Positions 48,968-55,683 of a DNA stretch of 55,683 nt are shown one piece after another. This stretch comes from an uncultured Syntrophaceae bacterium (GTDB taxonomy: Bacteria; Desulfobacterota; Syntrophia; Syntrophales; UBA5619). The notes under the pieces were generated by a model, which saw only the letters and a program-made list of their open reading frames with translations, had not been told where the DNA came from and did no database searches. Made by a program: the position numbers and the translations under genes. The stretch is from positions 1-55,683 of the forward strand of contig CAYSSF010000004.1 of assembly GCA_964433455.1 (NCBI GenBank), written 5' to 3'. Each line of letters starts with the position of its first letter. Within the stretch, counting starts at the first letter, position 1.

Positions 48968-49298
48968 AATTTTTACCGGTGTCTCTTGATACAGGAGGGT
49001 TAATGATTATTGTCTTCTCCGTTATCCGCTTTGTTGCCCGGCGGTGTCACGGTATTTCGAGCATAATTTTGATGCCCAAGCCCTCAAAGATGCGAGCATC
49101 ATATTATTGTGTCCATATCATAACCGCTGAAGAAATCCTAACATTGATTACGATTCGTTATCAGTAACGTCGGCCCTAAAGAGAGACACTTCGCTTGCTG
49201 TTGGCCGGCAGGGTCGATTGATTTGTCGAGCTTCATGGCGTCAAAAATCCTTGCGACGTTGTTCGAAGCAGTTTCCGTTAAATGTCTGGTCGCTACTC

Positions 49299-50075
49299 CT
49301 ATGGGAAGAGGTATCTGACCCCGGCAAAAACGCCATGTGTGCGCAGGGGCGCCCCGGTTTCGGCGATATCGATCCCTGCAGGGATGTTGTTGATGTAGGC
49401 CTTTCCGGCGTCCGTCTGCACTCGGCCGAGGTCCGTATACCGGTAAGAGATGTCCAGGAGAATGCGATCGGAAAGTGCGATCCCCGTACCGATGGCCGCC
49501 ATATAAGCGATGTCCGTTTTGTTGCCGCCCGGGGTGATGGTGATATTGTGTGCGCCGGGGTTGCTTGGGAATTCGTAAGTCATCTCGCCCTGCCGGTTGT
49601 GGGCCACACCTATGCCGCCACCCATATAGGGCTGGAAACCGCTCAGGTTGACGCCAAACAGAGCCGCGATGTCGAGAAAGAAATGGGCCATGCCGCTGAG
49701 CGAATCCGCTCTTGACGACACCGGCTGTTCGCCCGGTACGCCTCTGAAATTGGCCTGACCGCGGTATTGAATGTCCGGACGGTAGGCAACGGCAAGTTCA
49801 GACCTGAGCCAGGGAAGGATTTGTTTTCCGACTGCCGCTTCCAACAAGGGGAACCGGCCAAAATCACCGTAGGCGCCAATGGGTCGATCATCCCTTCCCG
49901 GGCCGGCGCCAAAGAGGGCAGGCGGATTTTTTGCCGTGGAGTCCGCATCCGAATAATCTGCTGATAGGGACCACTCAAAACCAAGCGTGCCGCGCAGGTA
50001 CCATCCCGCCGCCTCGGCAGGAATTGCCGCACTGTTTACAAGAAGCACGGCAAACAACAAAACGAATTTTTTCAT
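49299..50075 (-). CDS. Outer-membrane beta-barrel protein (Opa/OmpA-TM-like)
   Basis: Signal peptide, PYMGGGIG, DISYRYTDLG, terminal GVRYLF. Confidence 0.8.
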   Translation of the reverse strand: MKKFVLLFAVLLVNSAAIPAEAAGWYLRGTLGFEWSLSADYSDADSTAKNPPALFGAGPGRDDRPIGAYGDFGRFPLLEAAVGKQILPWLRSELAVAYRPDIQYRGQANFRGVPGEQPVSSRADSLSGMAHFFLDIAALFGVNLSGFQPYMGGGIGVAHNRQGEMTYEFPSNPGAHNITITPGGNKTDIAYMAAIGTGIALSDRILLDISYRYTDLGRVQTDAGKAYINNIPAGIDIAETGAPLRTHGVFAGVRYLFP

Positions 50076-50135
50076 GGTTCACTCCTGTGTTTTGCCCTCC
50101 CAAGCTCCCGGTTTCCATTTTCGGCACACGGGATC

Positions 50136-50597
50136 CTATGGGACCGGACGACGCCTGAACATGCCGTAGCCTTCCATTTCGGCCACGCACTCGTCCTTCT
50201 GATTGAGGATATCCCAGTGTGAACGCAACAGCCCCGCGGTCGGATTGCTTTGCAGAGGGCGCGCTTCCAAAACCGTGAAACGCACACGCAGCGTGTCGCC
50301 GGGGCGCACCGGCACGAGCCACTTGATGTGATCGACTCCCGGCGAACCGAGGCTTGCGGCATCGAGCAGATAGGCATCGCACATCATGCGCATCGCCAGT
50401 GAGCAGGTATGCCAGCCGCTGGCGATCAGGCCGCCGAAGGGCGAATGGCTGGCGGCATCCTCATCGACATGGAATGGCTGCGGGTCGAATTCCCGGGCGA
50501 AGCGGACGATGTCGGCCTTTGACAGGGTGATACCGCCGAACTCCCGGATGCTGCCTGCGGGAAAGTCCTCCCAGTAGTATTTGCAGGTTTTCTTCAT
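50136..50597 (-). CDS. MaoC-family dehydratase/hydratase
   Basis: YWEDF, FAREFDPQPFH, IASGWHT, PVRPGDTL. Confidence 0.88.
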   Translation of the reverse strand: MKKTCKYYWEDFPAGSIREFGGITLSKADIVRFAREFDPQPFHVDEDAASHSPFGGLIASGWHTCSLAMRMMCDAYLLDAASLGSPGVDHIKWLVPVRPGDTLRVRFTVLEARPLQSNPTAGLLRSHWDILNQKDECVAEMEGYGMFRRRPVP

Positions 50598-50638
50598 AGG
50601 TATTTGCCACACATAAAAAAATGAAGAGGGGAAGCCGG

Positions 50639-51058
50639 TCAGCGCAGTTCTGCCCGCATCTCCACGGTGATGTGACCCCACCCGCCGCAGGCATGTCCCA
50701 CGTCGAAGCAGCCGGTGCGGTTGAACATCACCTCGTTGGGGTCCCGGCCGTTCATCAGGTTTTCAAAGAAGGCATTGATGAGCACGGCGAGGTTCGGCAT
50801 CAGGAAGGCACAGATCCGCTCCGGGCACTCCCGGGTCAAGATGTTTCCCGCCGAGTCGAAGACCAGTTTCTGGCCCACCCTGTGTCCCGACTGGCAGCCC
50901 TTGGATTCCACCACCTCGGCCACCAGGCGGTATCGCGCCCCTTTTGCGGCGTGCTCGAAGAGGCGCTGGAACTTCGGGTTTTCCCGAACGAGAGAGAACT
51001 CCTGATCCTCCAGTCCCAGTCTTTGCTGGATGATACCGGCCAACTGTTTTTCGTCCAT
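50639..51058 (-). CDS. Small Cys-rich hypothetical protein (TIGR04076-like)
   Basis: SKGCQSGHRVG, CPERIC, GCFDVGHACGGWG; GGAGG SD. Confidence 0.7.
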   Translation of the reverse strand: MDEKQLAGIIQQRLGLEDQEFSLVRENPKFQRLFEHAAKGARYRLVAEVVESKGCQSGHRVGQKLVFDSAGNILTRECPERICAFLMPNLAVLINAFFENLMNGRDPNEVMFNRTGCFDVGHACGGWGHITVEMRAELR

Positions 51059-51072
51059 GTTCGAACCTCCCC

Positions 51073-51156
51073 GGATGCTGCTGAAAAACGCCCATCTGCT
51101 GCGTTATCCTCATCCCTCGTCGTTGCAGTGTACAGGGATGTACTCTTCGCCCCTCC
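51073..51156. mobile_element. Truncated MITE-like multicopy repeat
   Basis: GCTGAAAAACGCCCATCTGCTGCGTT..CGTCGTTGC..GTAC..GTAC resembles the left arm of a repeat recalled from deltaproteobacteria; right arm absent. Confidence 0.45.
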
Positions 51157-51192
51157 TTGATGAAGCAACGCTATCGTACAGAAGTCATCCGG

Positions 51193-51220
51193 ATTCTACA
51201 AATGGAAAATTTTTTGTCAA
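51193..51220 (-). promoter_or_regulatory. Sigma70 promoter divergent from bamB
   Basis: TTGACA-16 nt-TAGAAT. Confidence 0.6.
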
Positions 51221-51328
51221 ACGATTGTATATTTCATTTTAATATTCGATAAGTTGATTTCACAGTCCACCCTTCTCACACTATTTCCGAATGGCTGAAA
51301 ACGAAACGGACGGCTGGATAATTTTCCC

Positions 51329-51357
51329 TTGACACGTAGTTACGATGTAGCTATGTT
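51329..51357 (+). promoter_or_regulatory. Sigma70 promoter of bamBCDE with an overlapping palindromic operator
   Basis: TTGACA-17 nt-TATGTT; ACGTAGTTAC-GAT-GTAGCTATGT dyad. Confidence 0.7.
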
Positions 51358-51526
51358 GTCTCCGTATTGCATCGGACGCCACGGATCAAATTTTGTGATC
51401 GACAAGGGTCATTTTATCATTCATCGATCACCTGACGGGTGAATGCCGGTTTGAGTGAAGTGCCTGCAACCCACGATTCATGAAAGAGAATGCCGCGGAT
51501 TCAGGTAATCGAGAAGGGGTAAAGAA

Positions 51527-53494
51527 ATGAGGTACGCAGAGACAGGGTTCAATTTGGAAATTGATCTATCCCGGGGAAGCATCGAGAGGGTAGAAACCGA
51601 TCCAAGAGACACCGAGCTTTATCTGGGGGGCCTGGGCACGAACACCAAGATATTGTGGGACAGGGTTCCTCCCGAAGTTGAACCCTTTTCCGCCGATAAT
51701 CTCCTGATATTCGGCGCCGGTCTTTTATGCGGCACGCCGGCTGCCGGCTGCAACCGTACCATTGTTTCCACCATTTCTCCTCAGACGCAATTGATGGCCT
51801 ATTCGATGATGGGGGGATTTTGGGCGCCGGAATTGAAGTATGCCGGTTATGATAAGGTGATCCTTCGCGGCAAGTCCCCCGAACTGGTTTATTTGTGGAT
51901 ACACAATGACAAAGTGGAAATACGCGATGCCTCTCATTTGCAGGGTAAAGGCGCTGTTGAAACTCAGGAACTGATTCGGCAGGAGTTGAAGGAGCCGAAA
52001 GCCCAGGTGGCGGCTATCGGCCTGGCGGGCGAAAACAGGGTCTATTTTGCTTCCATCGAGCAGGGCAGGTCCAGTGCCAGCCGGGGCGGAATCGGCGCCG
52101 TTATGGGGGACAAAGGGTTGAAGGCGATAGCGGTTCGTGGAACAAAGGACCTGAATATTGCCCGGCCTGATGAATTCATGCCGCTTTGCAACGAAGTCCT
52201 GAAATATATAAAATTCCGGAATGAAAATCCGATTCCGGGGGTCATGCCCATTTTGGCCGGGCTGGGGTCGCCGCAAGAGATGAAAGTCCACGATGAAAAG
52301 TGGCACACCGAGAATTTCATGTGGGGAAATTCCCGCACCCGCAGAAAGGATTTCTGGAACGAGGAAATCGCAAAGGATTGGATGGAGACCATGGAAACCA
52401 TGCGGACGCGGCTGATCAGTTGCTACAACTGTCCGATGACCTGCGGGGCAACCATTTCCCCTCCGGGACTCCCAACCTACATGATGAAATGCTTCTCGAA
52501 ACTGACCTATACCATGGCGGCCATGTCGGACCTGGCGTTTGGCATGGGTATCGCTCAAAGCGCCACGGAGTATGGGGTGGACGCATTCTCGGCCCCGCAA
52601 GTCATGGCCTTCGCCCTCGAACTCTATGAAAACGGCATATTGACCGACGCTGATTTCCCCGGGATGCCGTCCGATAATGAGGGGAGATTCTACTGGTTGC
52701 TGGATAGAATCGTTCGGCGGGAAGGGATTGGAGATGTTTTGGCCGACGGGACCTATTGGGCGGCCAGGCGGATCGGCAAGGGCGCTGAAGACTATGCACA
52801 CAATACCATCAAGAAGCATGAGCAATTGCCCCTCAAGCTGTCCATGCTGAATCCCATTTATTTTCTGATGTACAGCACCGGCGAGAAGATGAACATTACC
52901 CAGATTGAAGGGCAGTTCCCCCAGGCGCCTTTTGTGACCAAAGAGGAGCGAGAGGCGTTTGTCAAGGATTGGTTCCAGGTTCCCGATGAGAGGTTCAAAC
53001 AGTATTTTCTCGACTGGGAACCACGGGGCGAGAAATCCATGCCCTTCTACCCCACGGTTGAGATGTGTTGTGACATTGTCGACTGGCAGGAACGGATGCA
53101 CTACATTGATGACGCCCTCGGGATGTGCGCCGGTCTGTCGTCATTTCCGCTGAAACCTCCGTATCATATACACAATTACCCGAAATTCATCTCGTCGGGG
53201 GCCGGGATCGATATGGATGAGGAAAAACTGACGCAAGCGGCCAGGAGATACCGAACCCTGGTCAGAGCCGTTAATATCAGAAGAGGGATGCGGAGAAAAG
53301 ATGAGAAGCCGCCGGAAGACCATTGGAAGAAGCGATTTCCCGAGCTTGAAGAGAAGCTCCTCGATGCGTACTACAAACTGAAGGGGTGGAATCAAGATGG
53401 GATTCCCACGCAAGAATCTTTACAGGAATTGGGTTTGGCTTATGTTGCGGAAGACTTTGAGCGTCGAGGGATTATAAAAAATGGGCAAAGTTAA
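51527..53494 (+). CDS. bamB: Class II benzoyl-CoA reductase, tungstopterin catalytic subunit (AOR family)
   Basis: MRYAETG N-terminus, HDEKWHTENF, SCYNCP..C, MMKCFSK (W-ligating Cys). Confidence 0.93.
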   Translation: MRYAETGFNLEIDLSRGSIERVETDPRDTELYLGGLGTNTKILWDRVPPEVEPFSADNLLIFGAGLLCGTPAAGCNRTIVSTISPQTQLMAYSMMGGFWAPELKYAGYDKVILRGKSPELVYLWIHNDKVEIRDASHLQGKGAVETQELIRQELKEPKAQVAAIGLAGENRVYFASIEQGRSSASRGGIGAVMGDKGLKAIAVRGTKDLNIARPDEFMPLCNEVLKYIKFRNENPIPGVMPILAGLGSPQEMKVHDEKWHTENFMWGNSRTRRKDFWNEEIAKDWMETMETMRTRLISCYNCPMTCGATISPPGLPTYMMKCFSKLTYTMAAMSDLAFGMGIAQSATEYGVDAFSAPQVMAFALELYENGILTDADFPGMPSDNEGRFYWLLDRIVRREGIGDVLADGTYWAARRIGKGAEDYAHNTIKKHEQLPLKLSMLNPIYFLMYSTGEKMNITQIEGQFPQAPFVTKEEREAFVKDWFQVPDERFKQYFLDWEPRGEKSMPFYPTVEMCCDIVDWQERMHYIDDALGMCAGLSSFPLKPPYHIHNYPKFISSGAGIDMDEEKLTQAARRYRTLVRAVNIRRGMRRKDEKPPEDHWKKRFPELEEKLLDAYYKLKGWNQDGIPTQESLQELGLAYVAEDFERRGIIKNGQS

Positions 53495-54017
53495 GAAGAA
53501 GATCAGGACCATCAAAATCGATGTCGATAAATGCAATGGCTGCCGGGCTTGCGAGGTCATCTGCTCCGCCTTTCACGCCAACCCAAAGTATAGCAGCAAC
53601 AATCCGGAGAGGTCCCGCATCCGGCTGATTCGTCATCCGCTCAAAGACGTATATCTCCCCGTATATGCGGGTGAATATGCGGGCGCCGAATGCATGGGCA
53701 GAGACAAATATGTGATTGACGGGAAGGAATACGATGAGTGCGGCTTCTGCAGAGCGTCCTGCCCGTCCCGGAAGCTTTTCAAGGAACCGGATTCCGGCCT
53801 CCCTCTCAAATGCGATATGTGTGAAGGCGAAGAAGAGCCCTTGTGTGTTCAGTGGTGCATCAATGATGCGCTGGTTTGCGAAGAGCGGGAAGAGGAAGTG
53901 GAAGAAACGGAAGAAGTGAAGCCGGGGGACGTCGAGATCGGCGTGGAATCCATGGTGGACAAATATGGATTGCAGGAGGTCATGGATGCCGTTGCCCGAA
54001 TGTCACGGAAGGGATAA
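53481..54017 (+). CDS. bamC: Class II benzoyl-CoA reductase Fe-S subunit
   Basis: CNGCRACEVIC, CGFCRASCP, KCDMC..PLCVQWC; overlaps bamB. Confidence 0.92.
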   Translation: MGKVKKKIRTIKIDVDKCNGCRACEVICSAFHANPKYSSNNPERSRIRLIRHPLKDVYLPVYAGEYAGAECMGRDKYVIDGKEYDECGFCRASCPSRKLFKEPDSGLPLKCDMCEGEEEPLCVQWCINDALVCEEREEEVEETEEVKPGDVEIGVESMVDKYGLQEVMDAVARMSRKG

Positions 54018-54064
54018 AGGTTCAGGGAGAAGAAGAGGATGCAGGAGAAGAGGATGAAAAAATA

Positions 54065-55216
54065 GTGGAGACGGCAGCCCCCTACAAAGAGATCATCGAT
54101 GTCATCAAGGCAAGCGGCGGCGACGCCTTCAAAAGATGCTTTGAATGCGGATTGTGTGATGTCGTTTGTCCGTGGAACAGGGTTAGATCCTTCAGTATTC
54201 GCAGGATCGTCCGGGAGGCGACGTTCGGTTTGACGGAGATCGAAAGCGAAGAGATCTGGCGCTGCACGACCTGCGGAAAATGCCCTCAACGATGCCCCAG
54301 GGACGTAAAACAGATCGAATCCGGGGTATCCCTGCGCAGGGTTGCCACCGAATACGGGGTTTTCCCTGCTTCCGTTCGCCCCGTCCGCACCGTGAGCGGA
54401 AGCCTCGTTGGCGAAGGAAATCCGTTGAATGAGGAACGGAAAAAGAGGGCGGATTGGGCGGAAGGTCTTTCTGTAAAACCGTTCACAGAAGGGACGGAAA
54501 TTCTTTATTTCCCGGACTGTTATTGCAGCTACGACCCGAGATTAAAAAAGGTGGCGAGGGCTACGGCCGCGATTCTGAACAAGGCCGGGGTCGATTTCGG
54601 CATACTGGGCGCCAAAGAGAGTTGCTGCGGAGAAAGCATCCGCAAGACGGGCGATGAGGAGGTATTCAAACGCCTGGCCAGGGAAAACATCAAAACGTTC
54701 ATCGATCATGGGGGGAAGAAAATCCTTGTTTCTTCCCCTCATTGCTACCATACCTTCAAAAACGAGTATCCCGAATTCAGGGTGAACTTTGAGGTGGTTC
54801 ATATCTCCCAATATCTATTGGAACTGATTCGATCGGAAAAGCTTATACTGAACAAGGAGTATCGGAAGAAGGTCGCCTGGCATGATCCCTGTTACCTCGG
54901 CAGGCACAATGGCATCTACGACGAGCCCCGGGAGGTCTTGAAGAGGGTGCCTGGTTTGGAGTTGATTGAGATGCCGGAGTCGCGGGAAGAGAGTTTCTGT
55001 TGCGGCGGCGGGGGAGGCAGGATTTGGATGGAAACTCCAAAAGGCGAAAGATTTTCGGACATTAGATTGGAACAGGCTTGCGGGGTGGGGGCCGGGGTGC
55101 TGGCCACCGCCTGCCCCTATTGCATCACCAATTTTGAGGACAGCAGGTTGAACCGGGAGAATGGTGAAGCCATCGAGATTAAGGAAATCACGGAAATTAT
55201 CAGTGAAGTGATTTAG
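54065..55216 (+). CDS. bamD: Class II BCR subunit, HdrC/B-like (4Fe-4S + CCG domains)
   Basis: CFECGLCDVVCP, CTTCGKCPQRCP, SCCG, HDPCYLGR, FCCGGGG, ACPYC; GTG start. Confidence 0.9.
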   Translation: METAAPYKEIIDVIKASGGDAFKRCFECGLCDVVCPWNRVRSFSIRRIVREATFGLTEIESEEIWRCTTCGKCPQRCPRDVKQIESGVSLRRVATEYGVFPASVRPVRTVSGSLVGEGNPLNEERKKRADWAEGLSVKPFTEGTEILYFPDCYCSYDPRLKKVARATAAILNKAGVDFGILGAKESCCGESIRKTGDEEVFKRLARENIKTFIDHGGKKILVSSPHCYHTFKNEYPEFRVNFEVVHISQYLLELIRSEKLILNKEYRKKVAWHDPCYLGRHNGIYDEPREVLKRVPGLELIEMPESREESFCCGGGGGRIWMETPKGERFSDIRLEQACGVGAGVLATACPYCITNFEDSRLNRENGEAIEIKEITEIISEVI

Positions 55217-55247
55217 GAACCGGACAAACCGGATGAGGTGAGCGAAA

Positions 55248-55683
55248 GTGGAAAAAGAACCGGCAGAAATGGAAGACCAGGCTCGCAATCGTCTTGCGGA
55301 CAGTATTCGTAAAAGTATGGCGGACCGTAATTTTGGAGATGTTCTGGTCGTCGGTGGAGGGATCAGCGGTATCCAGGCCGCACTTGATCTCGGCACGGCG
55401 GGGTTTAAGGTTTACCTGGTTGAAAAAGCGCCGTCCATTGGCGGGCATATGGCCCAGCTTGACAAGACCTTTCCCACCAATGACTGCTCCATGTGAATTC
55501 TTTCACCCAAACTGGTCCAGGTGGGCCGGCATCCCAACATAGAGGTCCTGACCTATACCGAAGTGGACCTTGTAGAGGGGGAGTCAGGGAACTTCAAGGT
55601 AACCCTGATCAAGAAGCCCAGATATATCATAGAGAGCAAATGCACGGGTTGTACGACCTGTGTAGAATACTGCCCGGTCAAAT
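55248..55683 (+). CDS. bamE: Class II BCR HdrA-like flavo-Fe-S subunit, selenoprotein (5' part only; runs off the window)
   Basis: GGGISG FAD motif; [46 protein letters not shown] continues in frame past the UGA. Confidence 0.88.
55494..55529 (+). promoter_or_regulatory. Sec codon and SECIS-like hairpin
   Basis: TGA at 55494-55496; stem CTGGTCC/GGGCCGG with AGGT loop starting 15 nt downstream. Confidence 0.75.

Noticed and set aside
51360-51526. Possible Moco/Tuco riboswitch in the bamB leader
   Set aside because: Only an 8-bp GTGATCGA/TCGATCAC inverted repeat is seen; no recognisable consensus; needs an Infernal search
51725-53101. 458-aa minus-strand ORF
   Set aside because: Shadow of bamB
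53876-54064. Extension of bamD, possible bamC-bamD frameshift fusion
   Set aside because: bamC ends normally, GTG 54065 has a purine-rich SD, and no slippery site is evident

Overview
GC-rich bacterial window that looks like an anaerobic, aromatic-degrading deltaproteobacterium (Syntrophales/Desulfobacterota-like; this is inferred from gene content). Left part: a chimeric thiF/sulfite-reductase remnant and a PP-loop tRNA sulfurtransferase, then a sigma54-controlled metal/Fe-S ABC module (SurA_N/Cys-rich protein, DUF2318, MacB-type ABC) with a ZraSR-like two-component pair and a GAF-GAF-PAS-GAF-LuxR gene. Middle: a HAAT-family ABC transporter followed by a xanthine-dehydrogenase-family Mo hydroxylase with yqeB/xdhC/mocA/yqeC (selenium-dependent type). 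Next comes a long minus-strand catabolic run: oah, dch, a hydroxyacyl-CoA dehydrogenase/hydratase fusion, had, iorAB, a 2-hydroxyacyl-CoA dehydratase/BcrB-like subunit, thiolase, a second HAAT ABC, a PanE-like reductase, an HgdC-like activator and an acyl-CoA ligase. Right part: DUF2080+GNAT, gctAB, an inserted NotI-family/DUF1156-type restriction-modification pair, and the start of the tungsten-dependent class II benzoyl-CoA reductase operon bamBCDE, where bamE has an in-frame UGA plus a SECIS-like hairpin. Many REP/MITE-like palindromes and deletion scars are present. All calls come from motif recognition by eye; no database searches were run.
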